64,000 nucleotides of DNA from Trichodelitschia bisporula. Taxonomy: Eukaryota. The stretch is from NCBI GenBank assembly GCA_010356995.1, contig ML996701.1:550963-614962 (forward strand), read 5' to 3'. The position numbers and the translations under genes were made by a program. The notes beneath the pieces were generated by a model. That model was not told the DNA's origin. It ran no database searches and saw only the letters and a list, made by a program, of their open reading frames with translations. Position 1 is the first letter of the stretch. The number at the start of each line of letters is the position of its first letter. Below, piece by piece: positions 29,422 through 40,790 of the stretch.

Positions 29422-32004
29422 ATGGCTCCATATAGGCACCGCTCCTCCTCATTCACGTCGTTGTGGAGTTATGCCGATGACATGAACGTCGACACCTATG
29501 GCCGGTGGGGTCGTCGCGACCGCGACTTCGACACGTCCTGGGGTCCCGCTTCCACCGCTCCCACCTACCCTCACCACTACCAGCAGCATTATGCCCAGTT
29601 CCCCGTGCGCGCACCGTCTCCTCCCCCAGTCATCCCTCTCGACCTGATGCCCCCAACACCGCCTCGGTCGGGCGGTGCTCGCCGCCGCGACGATGCCAAG
29701 TTCCGGGAGGAAGTCAAGTTCGCCGTTGAAGATAGCGAGGATGGCAGCGACACCGCCGTCGACGAGGACTACAATCCGCACCAGCTCGTGCGCTCGCCGC
29801 CCCCGCCCCAGCGCGTCGCGTCCCTGCCGGTCTACCATCACCGCCCGAGCGCATCGTACCCGCGCTACCCGATCACCGGCAAAGCCATGATGGGCCGACC
29901 GTCGTCCAGCGGTGCCGATCTCCCCCCTCAAGCTATCCGTCACCGCCGCCAGAGCTCGCACGACAAGCGCCAGGCCGCTGCGCGCCGTGGACGCGCCTGG
30001 CCGCCGAACGGATGCTCGAAACGGTCAAAGCTGCGCCCGCATGACGCCGATGACCTTATCACGCGCGGCGCGTCGACGTTTCGTGGCTTTCGTGAGGGGA
30101 TCGGGCATGCGCCGGGGCATTACCGGTTCTTTGCCGTTATGGACCAGGAGTCGAGTAGTCGCACTGATCGTGCTTCGTTCCAGAATGAGGCCTTTCGCGA
30201 TATTTCGCTTACCATGTCCGGGCCGGTGGAGGTGGTTATCCCGTGGGTGTCACTGGATCAGCCGTGCATGGCGTACTGCTTCGGCAAGAGTCCCGGAACG
30301 ACGACACTGACGCACTACGTCGGCAAGAGTGGCAGTCTGCGACCGAATATCCAGTATGCGTTGGGCGCGAAACCGCGCAAAATGAAGGCCATTGCAGTTA
30401 TGGAGCGGCTGCGAGAATTGGAAATGGGGCTGTGGGAGGACGCCGACGATACCTATCACTCGCTGTACGACAAGCTCATCGAGGATCCAGACAGGGACCA
30501 CCCGCATTACGACCGTGCACACCAGATCCATGACCTCCTGACGGCCCTCTGCAACCCGATGTGGATTGACTTTAGCCAGCCGCGAAACCAGGTCGTGGCG
30601 CATTTCTTCAATGACGCTGATGATGCGGTGTCGCGCCGCTTTTTTCACCAGCTGCTGCTGTCTATTGAGTTGTACTGGCGCATTCACGCGCCGGACCATG
30701 TTGAGAAGGCCAAGCGTAACTTGCTGCTGCAATTGCCTCCCAAGGTGGCATGGGACCTCGCACTCGCACAGCGCTGGCTCGACCATATGAGCATCAAGAA
30801 AGAGCAGCTGTCGTACAACAAGAGCACATTCACTTTTGATCTCCGCAGTAAGAATCGCCAAAAGGAGGCGCTGCGCACATTTGCGAAGCAGCTCAAGTGG
30901 CCAAACATGGACGAAATTGAATACATTCTGGAAGAAGATGACCCGAAAGAGATGAACATCGAGGATCGCTCATCGGAAACCATGTCCTGGTTCACCGGCG
31001 TTATCCTGCCAGGCCCAACGCTGCCGTTTCTGCTCATGAACACGCTCATTGACTGCGACCGCGATACGGGGAGCGAGCTTAAATCACTGACGCACATGCA
31101 ACCAAACTGTGGCTTTCAGTACCGCGCCAACACGTACTGGTCGTACCAATGCATCGTCGGTAAGGTCCTGGGTGCCGGTCGCGGCGTGAACCAGGTCGCC
31201 GGCTGGATCGGGCCGTGCCACTACACACCAGAGTTGTCACGCAAGCAGTCCGTGCTGATCCGTCAACTGGACCCGCTGGAGCCGCGTCTGCTGTCCAAAG
31301 ACATCGAAACCATGTCCGAGCGCACGACGCCACTGGGCCCAGATGACGTAAACTACCCGGTGGCAGACTACGACGTGCCAACCGCCGACACAACCTCCAT
31401 CCAAGACAACATCATCCGGATCCAAAAACTGTCCTTCGAAGCCGTCGCCGACCGCTCAAGCAAATCGGACCGCATCCACGACGCGAAGATTGTGTTTGCG
31501 TTTGCGGATAAGAGTGTCCCGATACTGCTGCGGTATAATGTGGATTTTATCCATGCGTTTCCCTGCCACAGCGGCCCGCACCCGCTGTTTTGGGATTATC
31601 GATACAAGCAGGTGCGCGTCGATGACGGGCTGGGCAAGATCACGAATTGGGCACAGCGGAATAGGCGCAAGCATGGCGGGCACCGGTCTACGCCGTCGAG
31701 TCCGGCGGCGCGGGCGGGCAGGGCGTTGGCGCTGACGGGGAGGGCGCGGAGTGAGAGTCCGAGCAATTTGCCCGCGCACACGGATCTGGTCGAAGTGTTG
31801 GTTGTGGAAGCGTACGGCGTGTCGGATAACGAGGTGTTTGCGCGGGCATGGTGTGCATTTTGGGGGGTTAGTGCGGTGGTGGCGAATGTAAAGGAGACGT
31901 GTATTGCGTGTGCGGTTAGGGAGGCGTATGCGGCGTGTGTGACGGTGGTGATTTTGACGGAGGGGGGGAGAGAGGATGAGGGGGATCAGGGGGTTGCGTT
32001 TTGA
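29422..32004 (+). CDS. 860-aa intronless protein of unknown function (disordered N-terminus, globular Trp/Cys-rich C-terminal two-thirds)
   Basis: Long ORF with coding-type codon bias. C-terminal motif EVLVVEAYGVSDNEVFARAWCAFWG..AVVA...TCIACAVREAYAA resembles a conserved fungal hypothetical family. Confidence 0.85.
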   Translation: MAPYRHRSSSFTSLWSYADDMNVDTYGRWGRRDRDFDTSWGPASTAPTYPHHYQQHYAQFPVRAPSPPPVIPLDLMPPTPPRSGGARRRDDAKFREEVKFAVEDSEDGSDTAVDEDYNPHQLVRSPPPPQRVASLPVYHHRPSASYPRYPITGKAMMGRPSSSGADLPPQAIRHRRQSSHDKRQAAARRGRAWPPNGCSKRSKLRPHDADDLITRGASTFRGFREGIGHAPGHYRFFAVMDQESSSRTDRASFQNEAFRDISLTMSGPVEVVIPWVSLDQPCMAYCFGKSPGTTTLTHYVGKSGSLRPNIQYALGAKPRKMKAIAVMERLRELEMGLWEDADDTYHSLYDKLIEDPDRDHPHYDRAHQIHDLLTALCNPMWIDFSQPRNQVVAHFFNDADDAVSRRFFHQLLLSIELYWRIHAPDHVEKAKRNLLLQLPPKVAWDLALAQRWLDHMSIKKEQLSYNKSTFTFDLRSKNRQKEALRTFAKQLKWPNMDEIEYILEEDDPKEMNIEDRSSETMSWFTGVILPGPTLPFLLMNTLIDCDRDTGSELKSLTHMQPNCGFQYRANTYWSYQCIVGKVLGAGRGVNQVAGWIGPCHYTPELSRKQSVLIRQLDPLEPRLLSKDIETMSERTTPLGPDDVNYPVADYDVPTADTTSIQDNIIRIQKLSFEAVADRSSKSDRIHDAKIVFAFADKSVPILLRYNVDFIHAFPCHSGPHPLFWDYRYKQVRVDDGLGKITNWAQRNRRKHGGHRSTPSSPAARAGRALALTGRARSESPSNLPAHTDLVEVLVVEAYGVSDNEVFARAWCAFWGVSAVVANVKETCIACAVREAYAACVTVVILTEGGREDEGDQGVAF

Positions 32005-32600
32005 GCTTGAGATGGGGGGTGGGATGAGAGGGGGAGTGGGATGGTTGTTATGATACCTTTTTGTGCGTCGATTTTGGATGCCACCATTGGGTTGCGGGAG
32101 TTTTATGTTCTCGCTTTTTACAACGGGATCGAAGCATTCTGGGTTCGTTCACGGGATTTGGGTTGGCGTTTTGGGTCATTTAGGATGAGAGCGCGCGGTT
32201 AGCGTGCGGTTGTATGCTTATTGCATCCCTTTTGGATCTATTGAGGAATTTGAGAGTGCGGGTGTTGACTGCTTCGATGTGAAGGGACTCGGTATCTTAT
32301 TGAGTGACGTGACGCGATTCCCAAAGCGGAAGGGCTAGCCAGGGTGCTGCGGATGCGGCCATACTTTCCCCGCGCTCCCTACCCGCAGTCTAGCTCTTTC
32401 TATACGCGCGGCCGTTGCATCACCATCCGGCTTCACCATTCCACCGCCAACTAACCCACATCCTCAACCTCCCTCCCAGCTCGACCTTCTTACCATCACT
32501 CCGGCGTCTCCGCCTTTGGATCCTCGACCCCTCTCCAGCCGTCCATTCTAATCGCAACGGCAAACTCATCTACGCCCATCCTCTCCGCCGGTCGCCCCGG

Positions 32601-35600
32601 ATGGCGCGCCCCGCGCTGCACGACCTCCGCAATGCGGCTGATGCAGCTGACGTGCTGGCCTCCCTCAAGAGGTTGAAGAATGATGTTGTGGGGCATGATC
32701 AGCGGAAGGAGGAGGCGATTAGGGATGGGGTTGTGAGGGTGTTGGTGGATATCCTGGAGGGGGAGACCAGTGGTGGTGGCATACAGCTTGGAGGCAGCGT
32801 CCACCCGGAGGGAGGCGTGCACCTCGGGGGAGGCATACGCCTCGGCGGCTTCGAAGAGCGTACCGGGTGGTCGACCGAGAACGAAGTGCGCGTGCAGGCT
32901 GTGCAGGTGGTTGCGAGTTTGGCTCATGGTGAGTGGGAATGTGCGGTGGTGGCATGTTGCTAACCGTTTAGGTGGATTGTCCTTTGTGAGGCCGATTGTT
33001 GCGGGGGGCGTGCTCCCGGCGCTGTTGTCAGCTTTTTCGCCACGGACTGTTCCCCCTAGGCTTCTGCTTGAGACGCTGCGCGCGCTCAGCGTTATCGCCG
33101 AGGCGCTGGTTACGGATGCACAACCGGCGGAGCAGCGGCCGCTGCTGGCGAGTCTAACGGGCTTGTTGTATAGCCGGCAGACGGTGGAGTGCTTTGCTGA
33201 GATCCTGGGCCAGCGGAGTTCGAGCAAGGTTATTGAGGAGCAGATGGTGCTTACTATGGGCATTTTTTCGCTGACGCTGACACACTCGAATACGCTGGCG
33301 CAGTGCCAGGATGCGCTGCTTAAGGGACGGGTGCTGGATTTGCTCGCCTCGCGCCTTGCGGCGATAGTCTCGTCGCGGGGGCATACGTTTAACCCGCTGG
33401 AGGAGGAGCAGATGGAGGATTTGATGCCGTTGCATCCGAATTCGTTTTTGCCACATCTTCTGGAAGCGATTGCCGCTATTGTACAGTGCTCGATGTACAA
33501 GACGCTTCGGTTATTGTACTCGCCGGACCTGAATCAGGTGTTCCCGGTCATAACGACAACGCAACCTTCTACAACCACCTTTGCAGAAGGTCCGCCGATC
33601 CCGAACAATGCTATCGATCTTCTCCTCCCGAAGCTTCAGGCCGTGCAGAGCAAGACAGAGCACTCTTTCTCCAAAGCCTTTCCGGCGCTGGGCTCGTTTG
33701 CGCAAGAGAGCACACGCATGCCGCATCTCGACTCAGCCGTGCAGCCCTCGGTGCGGACCATCTCGTCAGAGGAATTCGGGTCAAGCTTAATCGGCTGGCT
33801 AATCCACGTGGCACGCACATCAGGCGCTCTGGACCGGCTCGCAACGCTATGGCTTCTAACCCACCTCGTCCACGCAACAGATCAAAATGTCCAGGACTTC
33901 TGGGCCGAGCCAAGCCGCAACCGTGACCGCACGCTAGCCCTTCTCGTCGTCCCGCTGCTAGTCCGCATGATTGAAGACGCGGGATCGACGAAGACGATCA
34001 CGGACCGCGACGCCAACCGACGTATCAAGGAACGTGCACCGCTGGCCCTGGCGACGTTGATTCAGGATTCGCCTGCGCTGCAGAAGGCGGCGGTGGATGC
34101 GAAGGCGATCGATTTGCTTACGAGCATGCTGAAGAAGAGCTTTGACCCGTACCCGCTGACCGCGCCGCGGTTGTGGTCGCCGGCGCCGCGCGGGGATGCG
34201 GCTGGCGCGCGCGAGGACGAGATCCTTGGCCCAGTCGGGCTGTCGGACCAGGCGTTGCATATGCTCAATAGTCGGGCGGCGGCGTTGCGGGCGCTGGCTG
34301 CTATTGCGCAGAAGGATGATGCACATAGGAAGATTGTTCTAGAGCGGGGTGTGATGGCGTGTGTTGTGGACTCGTTGATGCCGTATGAGGAGGATCCGGT
34401 GAAGGGGAATCCGAATTTTGTGATTGTGGCGGCGTTGAAGCTTGCTACGGCGCTGTCGCGCAGTGTGAGCATTCTGAGGACGAGTTTATTTGATGGGGGG
34501 ATCACGGAGCCGGTGTTTAAGCTTATGAAGCATCCGAGCTTTGAGGTGCAGCTTGCGGCGACGGATGTGGTTACTAATTTGGCGCTGCAGTTTAGCCCGA
34601 TGCGCGAAGTACGTCTACGCTTTGTGTTTTCCTGAGTACAAGCTAACGGGCGCAGCAACTAATTTCCTTCGGCATCCTCGATATCTTATGCGAGCACGCC
34701 CGCTCCGCCTCGGCGGAGATGTGCTTCTCCTCCCTCTGGGCCCTCAAACACCTCATCTGCACCGCGCCCAACGACTTCAAAATCCCCGTCTTCACCAAGC
34801 TAGGCCCACACTGGCTCCTCAACGCTATGCGCGGCGCAGTCCCCCCACCCCCGCCCCGCTCTCGCATGGCGACGCCTAATGCGCAGGGCCAGCAAGTGGA
34901 CTTGCTCAACATGGACGACGCCATGGACGACGCCCCGCTGAGCCCGGAGGGTGATATAGGAAACGCGCCTCTGGCCCCCGACGTCGCGAAATGGTTGAGG
35001 CATATCCGGGACGAGGAATTGAACCCCGTGCGCCGGGCCCAGCGCGATGATGTCCGCATCCAGTGGCAGGCGCTCGAGGTGGTGCGCAATCTGATCACCG
35101 AGCCCGGCAAGCCGCAGCACGAAATGATCGACCACGTCCTGCAGGAAATGGGCGCGGAGGCGCTGTTCGCCGTCCTGCTGTCCAAGCTGAGGCCGCGGAA
35201 CGGCGCGACGGCGCAGGGGAAGCGTCCTGCGCCGAGTGCCGGGCGGGCTAGTGGGGTGGGGGGCGCGTTTCCAGAGGATGATGCGAGCCGCGAGGTGCTC
35301 ACCAGCGCCATGTTCGTGGTGATCCATATCGCAAACGGTCTCCCCAAACACCGCCACCTGCTCCTCGAGCAAGAAGCGCTCCTTGCGTGCATCCCGCCGC
35401 TGTTCAAGCATCCGGACAGGAATGTACGGGCTGCGTGCTGTTGGCTGGTGCATAATGTGTTGTGGATGGAGGATGCGGCGGATGCGGGGCCTGTGAGGGA
35501 GAGGGCGCACGTGTTGAGGGGGATGGGGTTTGAGAGGGACGTTAGGGATGCGGCGGCGAAGGATGTGGATTTGGATGTTAGGGAGAGGGCGAAGGGGTGT

Positions 35601-35630
35601 GTGGAGGTTTTTGGGCGGTTGGGGGGGGAC
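32601..35630 (+). CDS. Armadillo-repeat protein ARMC8/Vid28 (Gid5, GID/CTLH E3 ligase subunit)-like; exons 32601-32928, 32972-34608, 34656 to beyond 35630 (stop probably in the N gap)
   Basis: N-terminal LKRLKNDVVGHDQRKEEAI, ALSRSVSILRTSLFDGGI, NLALQFSPMRE|QL...ILCEHARS...SLWALKHL, QALEVVRNL, HIANGLPKHR, VRAACCWLVHN, D.DLDVRERAK. GT-AG introns restore the frame. Confidence 0.85.
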
Positions 35631-35683
35631 NNNNNNNNNNNNNNNNNNNNNNNNNNNNNNNNNNNNNNNNNNNNNNNNNNNNN
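35631..35683. other. Assembly gap (53 N)
   Basis: N run in a G-rich context. Confidence 0.95.
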
Positions 35684-36250
35684 GGCAGGAGAGGGGGTGA
35701 GTGTGTGGGGATTTGGACTGGGTGCACTTTTTGAGATGCCAGGCTGGAGGGGGAAGCAAGATGAGGTAGCGAGCAAGATGAGGGAGCGAGCAGGATGTAC
35801 ACGTAGCTTCTGGTCGGTGTCTGGTCTGAGGGATGAAAATGACGATTTCAAGCGTGTATTTTCTGCGGGGCGCCGGGCGTTTATATGATCTTGTTGCTTG
35901 TGTTGTGATGATTCTTTCATGTTCAGGGTGTTTAGGCTGGGGAACGATTACCCGGTAGAAGAATGAAGACTTGCCAGTTGCCAGAGCCGGATGTGTGTTC
36001 GAAGGGGCTAGATCCACGTATACACCCGCCGGGCGGCTGTTAATTCTAGGTGTGTAGCGGAGCTGTCCCGGATTGCTGTTGGCCCGGTGCGGATGGGCGA
36101 GCACGCTAGGCCGGCTTACTTGAAAGGACAGATCGCTGGGGAGCCGCACTGCTCGGCATGCCGACAACGCGTGGGTGGCTCAAAAACGGCACCAAATAAA
36201 CAAACGAACTCATATTGCAAGCTTTTGTATTTCATATCATCTAATCACCG

Positions 36251-36344
36251 GGTCTTGTAGTGTAGTTGGTTATCACATCGGATTCTGATCTTCAGTTCAG
36301 AATTCACACTTCCGGTAACCCCGGTTCGAATCCGGGCAGGACCT
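36251..36344 (+). tRNA. tRNA-Gln(CTG) with a 21-nt intron (36289-36309)
   Basis: Acceptor stem GGTCTTG/CAGGACC, D arm GTGTAGTTGGTTATCAC, anticodon stem TCGGA/TCCGG with loop TT-CTG-A^T, T arm CCCGG-TTCGAAT-CCGGG. The intron is at canonical position 37/38 and its TCAGAAT can pair with the anticodon region. A T-rich terminator follows. Confidence 0.93.
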
Positions 36345-36549
36345 CTTCTTTTGCTTCCCTCCCAAATCACATACGATGTGGCGAAGCTTCCCTTTTTGCC
36401 CTTTCGGGCTGATGTCAACTCGGACGCACCGTAGCCGTCCCCGAAGCGATCAACAGGGACAGCTTACCTAATCTCGCCGAGCATCGAGGCAGACGTCAAT
36501 CCACCTCCAGCCAACCACTCCCCAAACAACCCCACCACCACCCCTCCCA

Positions 36550-37806
36550 ATGGCCTCCCTCTCAATCTACCTCCTAACCTTCAACTGCGCCCGCAACCTC
36601 ATCGACCCCCCCGCCCTCGCAGCGTCCCTCTTCACATCCCTCCCCCCCTCCTCCCCCCTCCCCGACGTCATCGCCCTCTCGCTGCAAGAAGTCGCCCCGA
36701 TCGCGGAATCCTTCCTCGGCGGCGCCCGTCTCGTCCCCTACCTAGCCCGCGCCGCAGATGCGCTGAGACTCGCGGCCGAGACACGCGAGCCTGAGCGGGA
36801 TGAGGTGTATGCACCGGTTGCGACGAAGGCGGTGGGTATGACGGCGCTGATGGTGTTTGCGAGGGAGGATTTGGTGTCGACGGTGAAATGGGTTCAGACG
36901 GCGGGTGTAGGTGTTGGGTTGTGGGGCATGGGGAATAAGGGCGCGGCGGGCGTGCGCGTGGGGTTTGGGGGGGGAAGGGACGCGGTACTTACGTTTGTGG
37001 GCGCGCATCTTGCGCCTATGGAGCGTAATACCGCGAGGCGGAATCACGATTGGGAGGATATTGTCCGCGGGCTGGTTTTTGATACGCGGGTTGCGTTCGG
37101 GGACGGGGCGGCTAAGGGGACGGATGAAGCGGCGCCGCTGCTAGACCACCACGATGGGGATGGAGGAGGGGATGAGGGTGGCGCGGGCAAGCCGACGGGT
37201 TTGTACGAGCCCGCGACCGCGATCTTCTTCTTCGGCGACTTGAACTACCGCACTAGCGACGAACGCCCGTCCCCCGACGCCCACGCCCACTTCCCGCACC
37301 CAGCCCACACGCCCGACAACCCGCAACACTGGACGCATCTCCTCTCCCACGACCAACTCACGCGCGAGCGGCGCACACGCCGCGCACTGCACGGCTTCTC
37401 CGAGGCGCCGATTACCTTCCCACCCAGCTACAAGCACCTGCGCCCCGGCGAGGGGGTCTGGCACTGGGCGCCGCATAGGTGGCCGAGTTGGTGCGATCGT
37501 GTTTTGTTCCTTACGCCGGCTGGGGAGGAGGTAGGGGGGTATGCGAGTCTGCCTGTCATGGCGAGTAGTGATCATCAGGGAGTTGTGCTTGCGGTGGGGG
37601 TTAAGGGGGGGAAGAGGGTGGCGGTGAGTGCGCCGTGGGGGGTGAGACGAGATTGGAGGGAGAGGAGGGCTTGGGCGAGGAGGAGGGAGGTGCTGGTGGG
37701 GGTGTTGGCGTATTTGGTGCTTACTGGGGAGGGACGGGCGGTGTTGGCTGGTGTGTTGGGGGGTGCTATCGTTGCGTGGTGGGCGTTTAGCAGGGTGTTG
37801 GCGTAG
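36550..37806 (+). CDS. Inositol polyphosphate 5-phosphatase (Inp54-like, C-terminal hydrophobic anchor), intronless
   Basis: LLTFNCA, LSLQE, MGNKGAAG, FVGAHLAP, RRNHDW, FFFGDLNYR, HDQL, EAPITFPPSYK, PSWCDRVL, SSDHQ, plus a C-terminal hydrophobic tail. Confidence 0.9.
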   Translation: MASLSIYLLTFNCARNLIDPPALAASLFTSLPPSSPLPDVIALSLQEVAPIAESFLGGARLVPYLARAADALRLAAETREPERDEVYAPVATKAVGMTALMVFAREDLVSTVKWVQTAGVGVGLWGMGNKGAAGVRVGFGGGRDAVLTFVGAHLAPMERNTARRNHDWEDIVRGLVFDTRVAFGDGAAKGTDEAAPLLDHHDGDGGGDEGGAGKPTGLYEPATAIFFFGDLNYRTSDERPSPDAHAHFPHPAHTPDNPQHWTHLLSHDQLTRERRTRRALHGFSEAPITFPPSYKHLRPGEGVWHWAPHRWPSWCDRVLFLTPAGEEVGGYASLPVMASSDHQGVVLAVGVKGGKRVAVSAPWGVRRDWRERRAWARRREVLVGVLAYLVLTGEGRAVLAGVLGGAIVAWWAFSRVLA

Positions 37807-38420
37807 GGGATGAGGCGTGGAAGGGAGTGGATGCCCTATCGTGAGGTCTTTGGCGGCGTATTGTGCCTCCGGTGATGCATGGAGTGGGAGAAACGGGTAC
37901 AGACGGCGTTAGGCTTGCATTCCTAATACAACTGGCGTTCAGCTGTGGCACCATTGCATCAGGTAACTGGCTGGAAGCCTTAGCGATCGGCAAACAAAGC
38001 CGGGCAATTGCGTTAGAAGAGAGCAGAGGGACAGCGTGCTACTCTTGGAATGCCCCGATCAGGAGCCCATGTAGAGTTTCGTCTTCTCAAAGTCTATTCT
38101 CCCCGGAACAAACTTCCAGATTGCTAAGTACGTCCTCGTGTCTGGTAAGACGCCCACATTCTTAGCGAGATGCCAGTTGTTGCCTTCACGTAGGGCGCTG
38201 AGTAGGAGAACGAGGAAAATGATGTTACGGTAATGGTTGCATTGGTAATATAGCACCGTTCAACTGCGGACCGGGTAGGACCACGGGTTTATGCTCCCAG
38301 CAGATGCGATGTACCCAGTACATGCTCTGGTCCTGGATGAGGTCCATATATGATGTTTACAAAAACCAGGGACATGAAGTACGCGGGCAATCGTGATAAC
38401 TGTGCAAGTCCCCATCGAAG

Positions 38421-38492
38421 ATCCACGGCGCCTGACAACAGCTTAACTACTGCTTCATACAGTCCCCTCGTTGCGGCATAGAGCGCCGGCAT
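38421..38492 (-). pseudogene. Ankyrin-repeat relic
   Basis: MPALYAATRGLYEAVVKLLSGAVD resembles the TALxxAAxxGHEAVVKLLLxxGAD consensus. No flanking intact ORF. Confidence 0.4.
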
Positions 38493-39003
38493 CTTTGGCT
38501 GATGTCTTGCATGCGCATCCACTGCTCCGACTTCCAGTCATTGCTTCAAGGTGGTTCCCATCAGAGCCACTAAGCATTGTCATAAGGGCCTCATACCATA
38601 ATGTGGGTTTGATCAACATTGCTTGCTCGGAGTTGGTCGAATAAACAAAGCTATCATACATGTGCCAGTCCTTCTGCAAACTAGGGTTCAGGCTCACTTT
38701 GGTTTTCGCTGGTGTTTGGTGTGGGAGTGGGGATTCATACCGTGCCGGGGTTCATGAGCAGGAGTAGGCGCCACAGGGCGCAGAGGACACTGGTTGTTGA
38801 CGAACAACAAAGAAAACGCAAGACAGAGAGGAACAAACCTGAATGCTAGACATCAGGGTGGGGGATGTCGGATGAGACCGGACAGGCCCTATCCTGCCGT
38901 GCCTACGGACTAAATATCTAGCCGGATGAACCCCCCCGCCGGAGCACCGCAAATGTGACTCTGACCCTCAAATGCATGCTCCGTAGCTCCTATCCCTAAC
39001 AGT

Positions 39004-39551
39004 TGTCACGGGTCCCTCAAGGGCCCAGGCCATCCGTGCTTGGAAGCCTCTCATGGCGATTGCCAGGCAATCACTGATGGCTTTCCCATGGAGCCAGCAA
39101 GAACAGAGGCTCCGGTATCGAAAAGGCCTTTTGACGGTGTGGGTGTACACATGGCCATCAAACGTCCACTGGGTGCCGAAGATGAACCTCCGAGTGTTCG
39201 AACCCAAAGATCTGTGGCAACATAAACACTGCACGTCAACGCCGAAGCAGCAAGTTGGAAGTCTGCATTCCGCGTTGCTCACAATGTCCCTAGACGCTGC
39301 TTTCGCTGTGGCGATCCTCAACTCAGCCGCCGTCAGCTGTTCCTCATGGCTCCTCTTGTTCTGAAGCCGTCTTCCGTGGCGATATTCTCGGCTCGCGGAA
39401 TCCGCTACCGGGGTAAGGTACGCTCGCCTAGAGGTATCGGCGGTAGTTCGCTCGCACCCGCTCGACTCGGTTAAGACGTGGATACAAGCGTGTGTACCGC
39501 CCCCCCCGGGTTATGCCCACAGCTCAAGGTATGCATGGTTCCCCAGTGACA
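39004..39551. mobile_element. Candidate solo LTR (548 bp)
   Basis: Starts TGTCAC and ends GTGACA (perfect 6-bp inverted termini), inside a TE-rich tract. No TSD. Confidence 0.3.
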
Positions 39552-39599
39552 CTGATACCTTTCAAGCGAGGCCTCCTCACTCTTCTTCTTGCGGTAGGG

Positions 39600-40370
39600 A
39601 AGCTGGGGAAGTAGATTATCTAAGAGGAGGCGGCCATAGTGGCCGGTAACAGTGTCGAAGAACAGGCGTTGAGAGGGAGTGAGGGTGTCGATGAGGGCTG
39701 GATCCATGGCCCCAATATTCATATGCGACGCATGTTCCACCTTCTTCTGCTCCCAGAAGTTAGACTCGAGCTCGGGATATCGCCCCAAGCACTGTTCCCA
39801 CGACACCCGGTCTAGGGCGCGGTTGCCAAGGAGATTCGGATTTTCAAGATGGCTGTGCTGTTCGTGCGGGGATAGGCCGGCGATAGCCTCCTAGTCCGGC
39901 TCAACCTCCTCCAGACGGCGCTGCTCGTCGATAAGCTCGTCATCGACGGGTAAACCAGAACTAGTGGGGCTTTCCAACGCATCAGGCTCATGGTCGTGAA
40001 GGAGGCGGCGGCAAAGACGTAGATTTGCACTTCCTGGCATTTAGTGGGACTTAGCTGTAAGCCCATGAGTAAGGAGTTTGATTTCACGATTGCACAAAAG
40101 GCCACTTTGATGAACTGAGACGCTGAAATAGGCCCTGGTTGAAATCTGGTCATGCATTGGAGGAGCGCCTGGCGATAGAGGGGCTTGAGATGTGAGTCTT
40201 TAAAACTCATAAGCTTCGGCGTACGTACTGCAAGGCCCATTGTTTTTCTCCTCAAAGAGAAGAAGGAGCTCCCCGAAGTCACCGAAGGGATGGTGGAGCA
40301 TCATCTTTGTTCGGCAGTAGCCCTCGCGCTGGTCGGGATCCGTGCCGGAGAACTACGGGTAGTACTTGAG
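39600..40370 (-). mobile_element. Decayed Helitron-like (Rep/PIF1 helicase linker) fragment, interrupted by a ~190-bp insert
   Basis: YYP*FSGTDPDQREGYCRTKMMLHHPFGDFGELL...STYAEAYE [insert about 40017-40204] LCRRLLHDH...D*EAIA...NLLGNRALDRVSWEQCLGRYP...LTPSQRLFFDTVTGHYGRLLLDNLLPQL. This matches fungal Helitron/PIF1 motifs (YCRVKLMLHHPF; LGxRxxD..W..HVGRY; LxxEQR..YD.V..HY...PQL) and is truncated just before Walker A. Confidence 0.7.
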
Positions 40371-40539
40371 ACAGCTGGGGGGTGCAGTGCAGGGACGCAG
40401 AAGCAGCCCATTATTGCCAGGTGATGCACAAGAACAGCCGTAAGCCGTCTACGTAGGAGCATGATGACCCCTCCCCGCCAGAAGAGGTTGGAGTCGTGAA
40501 CAGATTGTTCCACGCCGAATCTTGAAGTTTTGGGAGTAT

Positions 40540-40790
40540 CGTCTTTCTCCAGAGGGTCGGCGATCCTTACTGTCACACGACTGACCAGAAAGAGCACCGC
40601 ACGTGGGCTTGATGCCTGTTTAGGGCTTTCGTTGACATGAACCACTCCAGATTCAGGTGGTCCGTCAGGAATTGACTGCTCGAGGTTCCGGCGAGCTCCG
40701 GCTGCCATGACTCCAAGGCCCGTACAATTGCCAGTAGCTCTTTGTTGTATATCGCGTAGTTTAGTTCCGGTGGGCTCACTCAGAATGACA
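40540..40790 (-). mobile_element. Decayed Ty3/gypsy RNase H fragment
   Basis: [30 protein letters not shown]...[22 protein letters not shown] matches the gypsy RNase H consensus (ExNYxIYDKELLAIVxALxxW...TDHxNLxYFxTTKxLNxRQARW). IADPL follows. Confidence 0.88.
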
